Origin: Salpingoeca rosetta
Taxonomy: Eukaryota > Protista > Choanoflagellata
DNA: 64,000 nt
Direction: 5' to 3'
Assembly: GCA_033442325.1 (NCBI GenBank)
Contig: JAWQFM010000001.1
Span: 2,982,076-3,046,075 of the forward strand
Shown here: one piece after another, positions 27,066-40,459 of the stretch
Numbering within the stretch: position 1 is the first letter of the stretch
How the letters are laid out: each line of letters opens with the position of its first letter
The notes under the pieces: model-generated
The model's database searches: none
The model's input: only the letters and a program-made list of their open reading frames with translations
Told to the model about the DNA's origin: nothing
Made by a program: the position numbers and the translations under genes

Positions 27066-27613
27066 CATGGACTTGCTTTGGTTTGCAATCTCTTCTCAAA
27101 CGGCATGTCTTCTTCTTCCTTGCCTGCTTGCCTCCCTGTGTGTTTTGTGTGACCTGACACCCTAATGTATGTTTGTGGTCTCACGTGTGCGTGTGTACGC
27201 GTGTTTATGGAGTGACATGACATGATGGATCGATGCAACAACCTCATTGCTGCTCACCACCACGCCCGAAAAGGCACTTGCAGTCAAGTAACACAACTGA
27301 ATGAAACGAGAAACACGCGAAGCAGCAAAGTGCGGCTTGCTTGTATGTCAATGCACACTGGTAACAGAATTGAAGGGGGGGGGGGCGAACCGTTAGGTGT
27401 ACCGGGTTGAGAAGAGGAGGGGCAGCAGGTATGTGCGCGGGAAAAAAAAAAAAGAAGGGTGGAAGGAGATGTGAAGGGAGATGGAAGGTAAGGAATCACG
27501 GAATCATGCGTGCAATGTTGTAACTGCGCATCACGCGTCACTGTCACAGCCAGGTAACTTTATTGCATGACAGCAACAGCGGCGTGAGCAGCGGTCGTGG
27601 CCACGCGCGTGAC

Positions 27614-30045
27614 TTAAGCGGCACCCGTCACTCGTGGGAAGAAGTTGTCTGGGTCGTACTTGGCCTTGATCTTGACCAACTTGTCCGTGCACTCGCCATA
27701 GGGCTTCTGGTTGTCCTCTGTGTAGTTCACATAGGCGGCAACGCCCAGCTCAGCTTCTTTGGCCTTGGCCTTGAACTGGTGGGTGATAACATGCGTGTGT
27801 GTGTGCGTGTGCGCGTGTGAGTGTGTGTGTGCGTGTGCAGATGCGCCAAGCGACAGGCCATTGGTGTATGTATGTGTGTGTGTGTGTGAGCGAGGAAAGA
27901 CACGAGTCTTTGTTATCAGACAGACAGTCAAAAGACTCACTGCTTGAATCCAGTCGAGGGCTTGCTGTTTGAACTCTGGGACATGGGTGCATCCAAGACA
28001 AAGCACCGTGAAGGTATCGCGAATGCGGTGCACAAGATCGTCAGCAGGTGCACGTCCAGGCCGCTTTGCCTTGCCGCCCCAGTGCTCCACGATGTACACG
28101 CTTGGCGGGGGCCGTTGCTTCTCCGTTTCAAGCAGCTGCAATGCCAGGAGAGCAAGGAACAAAGGCCATTTACAACACAGGAAAGAGCCATGGGCATACA
28201 GGCCACTGTAACACATCGACACGCTGACAGCACTATGCAGGCCAAAGGCATGCAAGCACATGGTTGCTCATGGGGTTGTGCTTGGTGTTGAGCAGGAACA
28301 GCACATGCTGGGTGGAGCGCAGAACACAGCACAGCAGCACACGTGCACCACGTACCACGCTTGTCAGCTTGTTGCAGTCGTTGGTGCTCACGCCTGTGGC
28401 GCGCTTCGCCTGACCAAACGGCCCAAAGGGGTCCTGCATGGAGTTGAAGACGGAGAACGGCTTTGGCCCAATGGCGTTCACAACGGGCTCCTTGGCCATG
28501 AGCGGGGCCAGCGCTGCGTCCAGCTTCTCCTTGGCCTTGTCCATGGGCTCGTCGCCCAGCCAAGCCGTGTGAATGATAAACGTGCGCCGGCCGTTGAAGG
28601 GTGGCGGAGGCGGTGTTGTCCAAATGCACGTGCAATACAGGTTCTCGCTGCTTCCGTCAACAATCTTGGACCATGCGCCGACGCGCTCGCGCAGGTCTTC
28701 ATCGGACTCGGCGAGCCAAAACGCCTGGCCCGAGCACATGAGGTCACCCTCGGCCAGCTGAAAGAATGGTGCAGTGGCGAGGCAGGGTAGTGACGGGGGA
28801 AGGGCAGTGTAAGGAAGTGCAAGAGAAGTGAGTTGTTGTTGCCTGCAGGCAACGAACAACAAGCAACACCACGTAAACTAGCCAGGAGTGCTGCCTGCAG
28901 GCACGCCGTGCCAGCGTCTGTCTACGCATCCCTTTTCTCTTCTTTTTACATCCACTGAAACACTGGAGGGCAGGACAAGAGAGGGCAGGGGAAGGATGCA
29001 AAGGGGAGGGGAAGGATGCAAAGGGGAGGGGAAGGATGCAAAGGGGAGTGCACGCACACACACACACACACGCACACACACACACACACATCGCTGCGTA
29101 CTGGAAAGAGACGAAACTTGATGGAGGTGACGACGCCAACGAGACTGCCCGCGCCGCGGATGGCAAAGAAGAGGTCACTGTTCTCCTTCTCAGAGGCCTC
29201 GACGAGCGACCCGTCAGCCAACACCACGCGCGCCGCCAGCATGTTGTCGACGGCCAGGCCGTAGCGGCGGGAGATGGCGCCAAAGCCACCGTGCAGAGCA
29301 AAGCCGCCAACGCCAGTGTGCGACACCTGGCCGCCCACAGCAACAAGGTTGTACGCTGCAACAATACACATGCGAGAGGATGGAGACAGGCCATGTGTGA
29401 AGGCGTGTCAGACGATGGGCAGCAAAGTCTTGCAGTGGGAAAGTGCACACTTCCAGGGAGACAGGCAAACAGACACATAGGTTGGCTGACTTGCCTGACA
29501 GACAGACAGACAGACGGAGAGAGACACATACACACATACACACGCATACACATACACACACACAAACACACACACACTCGCACACACACATATACACAGA
29601 TACACAGATACAGGTACACACATACACTTACGCATACACACAGAGACACACGAACACACACAATACAAGCAACACTCGTTGCATCCAATCCATACCGTTT
29701 GTTTCAGCGTCAATGTCGGCGATGGTGGCGCCAGTTCCAACCCAGGCAGTGCGCTCCACGGGATCGACGTGGACAAAGTTCATGCGGGAGAGACGGATCA
29801 GGACTGCGCCATCCTTGATGGAGCGCCCAGAGAGAGAATGGCCACCGCTCATCACAGCAAACTCCAGCTTGTTGGCGTGAATCCACTTGATGGCAACCTG
29901 CACATCCTTTGCGCCGTGCGGCAGCAGCACAACGCTGTGATACGACGAGGGTCGGTGAGCAAGAGCAGTGAGGCTGGAAGCACCATCATCACACCAACAA
30001 GACACAAGGTATGCGAACAACACTCGATCGCCCGATCGCCTTGCA

Positions 30046-30079
<34 letters not shown>

Positions 30080-30324
30080 ACAGACACACAGACACACAGA
30101 CACACAGACACACAGACACACATACACAGACACACACAGACACACAGACACACAGACACACAGAGACACACATACACAGACACACACACATGGACACACA
30201 CAACCAACCTTGGCTTCTTGTTTGCGTGATCGGCATTCCACGGCTCGCGGAACTTGTCATAGTCGGGGTGGGATGGGAGCAGGAACTCCCCACGGAACCC
30301 CTCGGGCTTGGTGAGCTCGGCCAT
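27614..30324 (-). CDS. FAD-linked oxidase, VAO/berberine-bridge-enzyme family (6-hydroxy-D-nicotine-oxidase-like), 6 exons
   Basis: [30 protein letters not shown]; AVMSGGHS (flavinylated His motif); IRLSRMN; VGTGAT; [26 protein letters not shown]; [14 protein letters not shown]; C-terminal YVNY...[15 protein letters not shown] (BBE motif); stop 27614. Confidence 0.92.
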
Positions 30325-30618
30325 GAGTGCGGTGCGGTAAGGTGTGGTGTGGTTGCAGGTACAGTTGGAGGAGCGATTGTGGATGGTGGGTTGGTTGAAA
30401 TGCACACAAAGCAAAAGGAGAAGGCGTTTTGCAGTGGTTTGGTGTGTTTTACTTCATGTTGCAATCAATCAGTGACTCTGGCGGTGACATGAAGCAGCGT
30501 CAACAAGCAATCAATCATCAAACACGAAGCACATGCAATCCACCCACACCCACACATGCACACACACACCCACACACCCACACACCCACACATGCACACA
30601 CACACACATGCACACACA

Positions 30619-30649
<31 letters not shown>

Positions 30650-30654
30650 GCGAG

Positions 30655-32733
30655 CTACACATCCGATTGCTTGTCTTGTGGGTGGCTGTCTCTAGGCGAA
30701 GTGGTAACACTTGGGTGCAGCTTGGCTGGGTGCACCTTGTTGTTGGTGCAAACAGAGGCTCGCAGGCTGCGTCTGGGCTGCTGGCTGCGCTGCTCGTAGT
30801 CGTCCGTATTGCTCGCTGTCCCACTCGCAAACACACTCTCTGTGAAGCTCTCGTTGTCGCTGTAACCGTGGCTGGTGGTGTTGCTGTTCACGTGCTCCCC
30901 TTGCGCACCACTCGACCGCCCGCGCGTCTCGCGGGGTCCACCCCGCCATCGAGACTTCCTTCTCTTTGGCCGCTTACCACGGAACTTCGAAGGCACCACA
31001 GCTTGCATGCCCTCAACACTCTCGTGCAGTGATTGTCGCTCAAGATCAATCACCGCTTGCAAGTCGATGTCCTCACCATCACCATCACCATCACCACCAC
31101 CATTGCCGTTTACAGCACCATTCACATGACCGTTGCCGTTCCCGCTCGTCTGCTTTTCCGCTGCGTGGTTGTGGTCGCCTTCCTCGTCCTCGTCCTCCTC
31201 CTCGTCACGCTCCTCGTCAACAAGATACTGCCCACTCTCCGCAGGCGCGTACTCAAAGGGCATGGGGATGCGCCGCACAGCACGGAACTCGCCGCAGTTG
31301 TTCAGGTGCTCGTTCTCAACGCGGAAGAAGTTCCACACAAACCGCCGCCACATCTCGAAAAACGAGAGCAGCGCCACCAGCCCGTCGCTGAAAAACAGGT
31401 CAAAGTACCCCACGCTGATGCTCAGCGTCCACGACAGCCGAAACACAACGTCGTTCACCATCGCCAGGTAGTAGATGGGCACCGGGTACAGCATGTCGCG
31501 GCGAAGCCACATGTGCTTGGCGTTCTTCGCAAACAAGCCCCAGTCCTGTTTTAAATCCCAGAATGTCGCATAGCAGGTGTTGACGAGGCATGCGAGGATC
31601 CACATGACGAAAAGCGCTGTGCCTGTGGGGGACTCGCCAACCAGCTGCCCATTGTCCTTGGCGACACCCGCCAGGGTGCTGAAGGTGACGACGACGATGG
31701 AGGAGGTGTACTTGAGAGCGTTGTGGATGTGATGGTACTTGCGCGTGTCGCGGAAGCGGCGAAGGCACTGCATCAGGCGCCACCACGCAGGAAGCGCGGC
31801 AATCACGGCGCGGAGAGCACGGTGGGAATTGCGGCAGCGCGTGCCCAAGCCGTTGTAGTTGCCCGTGGTCACAACGCAGATGATAAACTCCAGGTCCAGC
31901 AGAACAACAACGAGGGAGTTGAACTGATCTGCCAGCCAGAAGTCCTCAAAGCGAACCGCCAGCAGTGGTGCTATTGCCATGCGCCCGACGACGCGTGCGA
32001 GCCAATATCGTGCACGTCGCATGCTGCCCCACGGCTTTGCCCAGTACGCAACCAGCACGCACAGTAGGGCGACCGCACTCCACGGACTCACTGCAGTGCC
32101 AAGCTCGTCTTGAAACAGGTACGCGAACACGCTCACGCTCCACACAGCCATCAGCAGGCCCGCCGTGCCAAGCATCTTGATGTAGTTGGTGTGGCGCCGG
32201 TGGTCGAGCCCGAAGATGAGCACGTAGTTCACGTGGAACTTGCGCCACGTGTACATGTTGATGGCAACAAAGGCCAGCATGATCAGCGGGTACAGCAGGC
32301 CGCGGTACATGGCAAACATGACGCGGTGGTCCGGGTAGTCTGCCACGCGGCTGCGCAGCGCAACCACAAGGATGATGCCCATGCAGAAGAAGAAGAACAT
32401 GGCCCACAGCCCCAGCCCAAACGTCGTCCAGTCAAAGGGCTGAAACGCGTCCACGGGCACGCGCAGCTTCTGCATTGCACGCCGCCGGTCGCCGTGCTCC
32501 AGCCGCTCCGTGAACACCTGCTCGATGCGCCTGATCTCCTTCTCCAGGTCCGATGTCATGAACGGCGCAGCGCTCACCTAAGAGTGGTGTTTGCGGAAGG
32601 CAGGGGAAGGCAGGGGAAGGGGTGCTGAGAATAGTGGTGGTGGTGGTGATGTGCTGGGGAACGTGGTGGGGAACGTGGTGGGGAACGTGGTGGCAAGCGG
32701 AGCAGACACACACACACAGACACGCACACACGC

Positions 32734-32778
<45 letters not shown>

Positions 32779-33492
32779 CACACACACACACAGATACAGA
32801 CAGACACACACAAAGACACAGACACGTGCGCGCACCTTGGCCAGCACTGTTGGCGACATGGTGAGACCCGTGACCTTGTCGTGCTTCTTCATGATCTTGT
32901 AAAAGGCTGTGTTGTTGAGGTTACGGTATGCACGCAGCATGTCCAGGTTGCGGTAGTACTCCTGGAACGCCTTCTCCAACTGCTTCGTTTGGCTGTTCAG
33001 GATGCGTGACGGGTGTCGAAACCATCGCGTGAGTGCCTCTCGCCAGGACCCGTGCTCTTCCTGTAACACAGCAGCACGGGCACGTCGTCTTGCGTTTTTG
33101 CTGCGGATGGCTGCCACTGCGTGCTCGCCACCCGTCTGGTGTGCGACATACAGGGCGGCCAGTTGTGCCTCCAGGTCGTCACACGTCTTGCGGGCCTTGT
33201 CATCCTGCTCGAGGAAGAACTTGTTGACTTTGTCGAGCTCAGCGTCGACAGCTTGCAGGAATGCCTTCTCCTCATTGCTGTTGCTGATGGCCTCCAGCCG
33301 CTCCTCCTCCACCTCTTCCTCCGTCTTGAAGTCTGGTGAGACGTTTGTGGTCACCATGGGATGGAGGTCTGGGATGACACGCGGGAACTTGGTGCGGATT
33401 GCCTTGAGCAGCTTCTTGAGTCGTTTGTAGTTGACGTACGCGGGTCGCCATTCCGGGATAGCGTTGTTGAAGAGCTCATCACCAAACTTCAT
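30655..33492 (-). CDS. XPR1: SPX-EXS phosphate exporter XPR1/SYG1/PHO1 family, copy A (exons 33492-32836 and 32577-30655)
   Basis: MKFG...[15 protein letters not shown]; ELDKVNKFF; [18 protein letters not shown] (SPX); [10 protein letters not shown]; HVNYVLIF; [13 protein letters not shown]; QCLRRFRD; NALKY; [10 protein letters not shown]; [25 protein letters not shown]. One phase-0 GT-AG intron. Confidence 0.95.
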
Positions 33493-34398
33493 TGTGACTG
33501 CGCCGCTGCGGCGTACAAGTCGTCAGCTGGTGTGAAAGCGCACCACTTGTCAGTACGCCACGTGTCGACCAAGCAACAACGGCGTGAGGTTGAGTGTGAT
33601 CACCGCCCGCGCGCGAGACTTTGATCACACGGCAGTTTGCAGTGCCACGAACCTGAGGGCTCACAGACAGACGTTGCGCGATTGCAACACAGAGAGCCTG
33701 CAGTGGTTCTTGCTTGCACCCCTGTGTGCGTGTGCGTGTGTGCGTGTGTGCGTGTGCGTGTGTGCTTTCGAAAGCCGAGGGCCGGAGGCGGGGGGGGGGG
33801 TGGCGATATGTGTGCGTGTGTGTGTGCGTGTGCGTGTTTGCTGCACAGTTGTCGTCCTCATTCACCAACCAACGAACGCAAGCACACAAACAAAGGCAAA
33901 CTTCTTCGTCCTTTGAGCAGCGAAATAACTGTTTTGCATGTTTTGGGCGAAGGAAAGCAGCACACGCGCACAGACACAGACGCAGACACAGACACACAGC
34001 CATACACACGCACACACACGCACACAGACAGACAGACAGACAGACACACACACACACACACAACAGAGACACACTTCTCTCCATGCCCAGCACTTCTATC
34101 CCATAAACTTCACAGTTGCTGGTTCACATCATGATTCAATAAACCATCTACGCCTAATCAACCAAGCAAAAGAGGATGGTCGTCGATACCTTCCGGTGAC
34201 GCACACACATACACACATACACACGTACACACACATGCGCGCACAAGGAGAGGGAGGGAGCAATACCAAAAGGTTCAAGAGAACGCAACATTCAAGATAC
34301 ATGTACAAAGACCACTTGGTTCAGCCGCCAGCACCAGCAGCACGCCGTTGGCGAGTGCTGGAGCACGGCAAACGCACACACAGACACACACACACATA

Positions 34399-34452
<54 letters not shown>

Positions 34453-34473
34453 TGCGCGCGCGCACACACAGGC

Positions 34474-34520
<47 letters not shown>

Positions 34521-34641
34521 GGCAGGCAGGCAGACAGACTTACATGTGCTCTCAACTCCCTCCTCGTAGTGGCGCATGTGTGATGTTCTCTCCGCAGTCA
34601 CCAAGCCCACGGGCGCACAGGCGCCATCTTGGCGCTCGTCG

Positions 34642-36684
34642 TCAGTCATCAGACGAGCTGAGCGGGGAGTAGGTGGGCGAGAAGGAGCGGTAATCGCCAT
34701 GCACGGTGCTGCTCTCGTTCCTGTTGATGGATGAGGCTCCAAGCAAAGGCCGGGACGGGTCATCATCATCATCATCATCGTCAACATCACCACCAGCAGC
34801 ATCATTAGCGGCGTACAAGCCATCCAGCGTTGAATCAAGAGGGTGAGAGAAGGTCATGGACCGCAAGCGGAAAGCTGCGCCATCCAGCCCGCCTGGAGGC
34901 GCATACAAGGAGCCAGGGGTGTCGGAACGATAAACGGTGACGTCCTGACGAGCGGTGGTGTCGTAGGCCCTCATGACATCACCATCGTCGTCGCGTGTGT
35001 GCTGTGGAGATGCAAGGTATCCTGACAGCGAGGCGTGTGATCGGGCGTGTTGCGCGGCGCTGCCAACACTCAGGGACATGGGCCGTCCCCCGCCAAACGC
35101 ATCGTTGACGCTGCTATCGTGGGCGAATGGCGGGCGCCGCTGCGACCCGTCATGCCCGCGCAACAGCTCCCACTCCGTCTCCGCCGGCACGTACTCGAAC
35201 GGCAGCGGAATGTGGCGCACAGCACGGAACTCGCCACAGTTGTTCACATGCTCGTTCTCAACGCGGAAGAAGTTCCACACAAACCGCCGCCACATCTCGA
35301 AAAACGAGAGCAGCGCCACCAGCCCGTCGCTGAAAAACAGGTCAAAGTACCCCACGCTGATGCTCAGCGTCCACGACAGCCGAAACACAACGTCGTTCAC
35401 CATCGCCAGGTAGTAGATGGGCACCGGGTACAGCATGTCGCGGCGAAGCCACATGTGCTTGGCGTTCTTCGCAAACAAGCCCCAATCATGCTTCAAATCC
35501 CAGAAAGCAGAGTAGGATGTGTTGACGAGGCATGCGAGGATCCACATGACGAAAAGCGCTGTGCCTGTGGGGGACTCTCCAACCAGCTGCCCGTTGTCCT
35601 TGGCCACGCCCGCCAGAGTGCTGAAGATAACGACGACAACGGACGAACTATACTTGAGAGCGTTGTGGATGTGATGGTACTTGCGCGTGTCGCGGAAGCG
35701 GCGAAGGCACTGCATCAGGCGCCACCACGCAGGAAGCGCGGCAATCACAGCGCGGAGAACATTCTCAGACGAGCGGCAATGGTGACCATCGTGAGCCATT
35801 GGGCCAAAGCGGCTCTTTGAGACGTAGCAGATGGTGAACTGGAGGTCGAGTAGGATGACCACGAGTGAGTTGAACTGATCTGCCAGCCAGAAGTCCTCAA
35901 AGCGCACATCGAAGAAGGGAGCAGCCACCATGCGCCCGACGACGCGTGCGAGCCAATATCGTGCACGTCGCATGCTGCCCCACGGCTTCGCCCAGTACGC
36001 AACCAGCACGCACAGTAGAGCGACCGCGCTCCATGGGCGAACAGTGGTGCCAAGCTCGTCTTGAAACAGGTACGCGAACACGCTCACGCTCCACACAGCC
36101 ATCAGCAGGCCCGCCGTGCCAAGCATCTTGATGTAGTTGGTGTGGCGCCGGTGGTCGAGCCCGAAGATGAGCACGTAGTTCACGTGGAACTTGCGCCACG
36201 TGTACATGTTGATGGCAACAAAGGCCAGCATGATCAACGGGTACAGCAGGCCGCGGTACATGGCAAACATGACGCGGTGGTCCGGGTAGTCTGCCACGCG
36301 GCTGCGCAGCGCAACCACAAGGATGATGCCCATGCAGAAGAAGAAGAACATGGCCCACAGCCCCAGCCCAAACGTCGTCCAGTCAAAGGGCTGAAACGCG
36401 TCCACGGGCACGCGCAGCTTCTGCATTGCACGCCGCCGGTCGCCGTGCTCCAGCCGCTCCGTGAACACCTGCTCGATGCGCCTGATCTCCTTCTCCAGGT
36501 CCGATGTCATGAACGGCGCAGCGCTCACCTAAGAGTGGTGTTTGCGGAAGGCAGGGGAAGGCAGGGGAAGGGGTGCTGAGAATAGTGGTGGTGGTGGTGG
36601 TGTGCTGGGGAACGTGGTGGGGAACGTGGTGGGGAACGTGGTGGCAAGCGGAGCAGACACACACACACAGACACGCACACACGC

Positions 36685-36776
<92 letters not shown>

Positions 36777-37495
36777 ACACACAGATACAGACAGACACAC
36801 ACAAAGACACACACAAAGACACAGACACGTGCGCGCACCTTGGCCAGCACTGTTGGCGACATGGTGAGACCCGTGACCTTGTCGTGCTTCTTCATGATCT
36901 TGTAAAAGGCTGTGTTGTTGAGGTTACGGTATGCACGCAGCATGTCCAGGTTGCGGTAGTACTCCTGGAACGCCTTCTCCAACTGCTTCGTTTGGCTGTT
37001 CAGGATGCGTGATGGCTTGTGACACCACCATGTCAGCTTGGCAGACAATCGTGCGCGCCTCTCACGTAGCACAGCACGGGCACGTCGTCTTGCGTTTTTG
37101 CTGCGAACGGCTGCCACTGCGTGCTCGCCGCCCGTCTGGTGTGCGACATACAGGGCGGCCAGTTGTGCCTCCAGGTCGTCACACGTCTTGCGGGCCTTGT
37201 CATCCTGCTCGAGGAAGAACTTGTTGACTTTGTCGAGCTCAGCGTCGACAGCCAGCATGAATGCCTTCTCCTCATTGCTGTTGCTGATGGCCTCCAGCCT
37301 CTCCTCCTCCTCCACCTCTTCCTCCGTCTTGAAGTCCGGCGACACATCCGTGGTGACGCGTGGATGCAGGTTGCGCACCGTCCTTGGGAACGCGTTGCTT
37401 ATCTCTTGCAGCTTCTTCTTCAGGCGCTCATAGTCAACGTACGCGGGTCGCCATTCCGGGACGGCGTTGTTGAAGAGCGTCAAGCCGAACTTCAT
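34642..37495 (-). CDS. XPR1: SPX-EXS phosphate exporter XPR1/SYG1/PHO1 family, copy B (exons 37495-36839 and 36528-34642)
   Basis: Same motifs and same intron position as copy A; [27 protein letters not shown]; unrelated C-terminal tail. Confidence 0.95.
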
Positions 37496-37712
37496 TGCCC
37501 CTTGTGATCGCACGCGCTGGCAGGCGACGCACAAGATCGAAGGGCCTAGAGGGGTTGCTGCTCTCTCGGTTGTGTGTGTGTGCTGCTCACAATCACGACC
37601 TTGTTGCGCGCTTCTGGTGTGTCCAAACAACAAAAAGCCTAGAAGGAGCAAAGGCAATTAACATAAATTTGTGGAGAGAGGGAAGACAGCGGAGCGGGGA
37701 TTGACAGTGCGA

Positions 37713-37755
37713 GACGTGTGATGACGTGCTCCTGACGTGAGTGGCATGTGACGTG
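37713..37755. promoter_or_regulatory. Cluster of four GACGTG (three TGACGTG) elements upstream of XPR1 copy B
   Basis: GACGTG at 37713 and TGACGTG at 37722, 37733, 37749, about 220-260 bp upstream of ATG 37495. Function is inferred only. Confidence 0.35.
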
Positions 37756-38137
37756 ACAATGTGATGCTGGTCACATCACATACAGCCACGATCTTTCATG
37801 CTTGTGGTGCAAAGGAGGTGCTGAAGAGACACACGCGCACGTGCCTTCTCCCATCCTCTTCTTGCTGGCTTGTTGGCGCATTTGTTGAGTGATTGGATTT
37901 AGTGGTTGCCGAAGCTTGTGTACATGATGATGATAGTCAGATACGAGGCGAATCTCGAGAACAATGGCATACGCACGTGGTGTACAATACATGCTGCACG
38001 CACATGGAAATGAGGTGGAATGGCACAGGCAGACAGATCGACGAATGGACCGACATGCAGATATGTAGGCCGACAGAGATAAAGACAGCCTCACATCAGC
38101 ACACGTGAACATGAAGACAACAACAGCCAAAGGTTTG

Positions 38138-40043
38138 TCACGAAGAGTGGAATGGACGCTTGCCGGAGGCTTTGCTTGCATATTGGTCCAGGGCCTGGCG
38201 AAACTTGCACAGGCGCTCGTGGTGCTGCTGCCGTGTGTGGTAGAACCGCTGTGCAAACGTGGCTAGCATGAGCGCGTGCTGCTGTGTGTCGAGCTTGAGG
38301 ACGCGTTGCAAGATGGCCGGGTCACGTGCGCCAACGGCGCGCAGCACCCCGCGCCACGCAGTGGCCAAGGCGCGGTCCTGCATGCTGAGGCGTGTGACCG
38401 TGGCGCGGACGCAGGCTATCGCCCGCACATTGTCGCGGGCGCCTGACGTGTTGCCTTCGCTGCGTCTGCTCGTGGCCGAGGTGGCGAGCTTGTCGCAAGG
38501 GTCAACTGGCCGGAACACGTGCTTGATCGTGGCTGCGGTCCTCTTGTTGGGTGCTGGCGTGGGGCATGCGTTCTCCTTGTGCTCGGTCGGGGTGCGGAGA
38601 AGTGGGCGGCAGAGGCGTTCAAGCCGCCAGGCCACCTGCAGCATCTTGCCTTTCACGTTGCGTCCGTGCTGCTCAGCTGGTGTGGCTGGTGTGGCTGGTG
38701 TTGGTGTTGCTGATGATCCGCGCAGAATTGGGTGGAGGCCTGCGAGCTGGGCTGCCTCCTGCTTACCCTTGTCCGCTTCCTCCTGCTCCTCGCTGTCTCG
38801 AAGAAGCGCCTCGTAGACATCGAGCATGACGCGTCTTCGAATGACGTTTGCGTCCTCTTCCTCTTGCTCCTCCTGCTTCTCGTCTTGCTTCTCCCGCTGT
38901 TGCTGCTTCTCTCGCTTCAGCGTCGCCCCATCGCGGGTCTCTGTGCTATCCTTATGTTGTTCCTCCTGCTCTTCGTCGTCGTCTTCGTGTGCCTGTTGAC
39001 CCTCTGTGTCACTCTGCTCATCACTCCGCTCGTTGCTGTCGTCGTCCGCATGCCGGCACAGCCCGGGAAAGGGGCTGGCCCTGGCGCTTGGGCTTGCCTG
39101 GCAGTACCCGTGCAGGATGGGTGCGTCGTGCGTGGCAATCTCCTTGCAGAGGGAGGCGAGGAGGGTGGAGGGGTCTGCGACGACGGCCTCTGCGACGGTG
39201 CGGTGCTTGGGGTCTGTGGCGTGCTGTCGCAGGAGGAGGTGCTTCACGCGCAGCCGCATGGTGTGGGCGACAATGGCCTGAACCAGCACGGCCAAGGTAT
39301 AGACGGCATGCTCGACAACGGCACCAACACGCGCAAGCAGCCGCTGAAATGCACTCAGCCAGCGGTGGCGGTGCATGCGTTGTTGGATGGCTTGGCGCAG
39401 CTGCTGTTGGCGGGAGGAGGCGCCTGGCACCTTGTGCGGTGCTGTATCCTTATCGGCGGAGCAGTCGTCCTGCGCAGTGTCCATCGTGTCCTTGGCATCT
39501 TGTGCTGTTGTCTTGGCTGCTGCTGCTGCTGCTATTGTTGTGGCTGTTGTGGCTGTTGTGGCTGTTGTGGCTGCGAGGCGTGCACTGCGGTCAATTTCCT
39601 CCCAGATGCCCGCGAACACGTTCTTGAAGAAGCCGTGCACCAAGCCCTGGGCTTGGGTGCTGGCCATTGCCTTGAGGAGTGCTGCCTTGTGGCGGCGGTG
39701 GGCTGCCGCACGCCGATCTTCGGAGTGCGGGGTGTTCTGCAAGCTGATGCTGAGGTACTGTGGCAGGAGAACGTGCAGGACGTGGCGTTGAATATCGGCC
39801 TCATCAAACGAGGAAGAGTCGTTGCTGCTCACGGGCGCGGGTGTGGAGGCCGTTCCAACTGATGATGATAGGCTTGCCATAACCTTTCTGTCTGTCGCTT
39901 CGTCTGAGGGGGAGGAGGAGGAGGCGGAGGCGGTCATCGCTGTTGAGGATGCGGTGATCTTAGCCACCTTCATGGGCCGTTCATCCCTGTCGTGATGTGT
40001 ATGTGCATGTGTGTGCATGTGTGTGCATGTGTGTGCATGTGTG

Positions 40044-40081
<38 letters not shown>

Positions 40082-40107
40082 TGTGTGTTGTGTGTGTGTG
40101 TGTGTGT

Positions 40108-40138
<31 letters not shown>

Positions 40139-40459
40139 ACAAGCGGTGAGCGATACGCTAGGTGTGGTGGTGTTGATGATGGTGGTTGTTGAGAGCGGCT
40201 GGCACGAGCAAGCGAGGCACAGATGGCGTGTGTGTACGCGTGTGTTGTGGTGTGACGGACTCACTCGGCGCGTGCATGTGTGTGACAAGCGGTGAGCGAT
40301 GTGTGGTGGTGTTGATGCTGGTGGTTGAGAGCGGCTGGCACGAGCAAGCGAGGCACAGATGGCGTGTGTGTACGCGTGTGTTGTGGTGTGACGGACTCAC
40401 TCGGCAAACTTGGTGGCGGTGGAGGGGTCATCCATGGTAGCGGTGATGGGCATGATCAT
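38138..40459 (-). CDS. Hypothetical protein, helical with acidic low-complexity segments; no recognised domain
   Basis: About 610 open codons of non-microsatellite sequence at 38138-39987. A likely upstream exon ...MDDPSTATKFAE ends at donor GTGAGT (40400) and joins in frame to acceptor CACGACAG (~39988). The 5' end is uncertain. Confidence 0.6.
40136..40405. repeat. Two-copy direct repeat (~125-135 bp unit) in the putative intron
   Basis: gtgacaagcggtgagcgat...gagagcggctggcacgagcaagcgaggcacagatggcg...gacggactcactcggc occurs at ~40136-40269 and ~40283-40405. Confidence 0.9.

Noticed and set aside
28984-29048. About three copies of a 20 bp unit (aaggggaggggaaggatgca)
   Set aside because: Small intronic minisatellite with no evidence of function.
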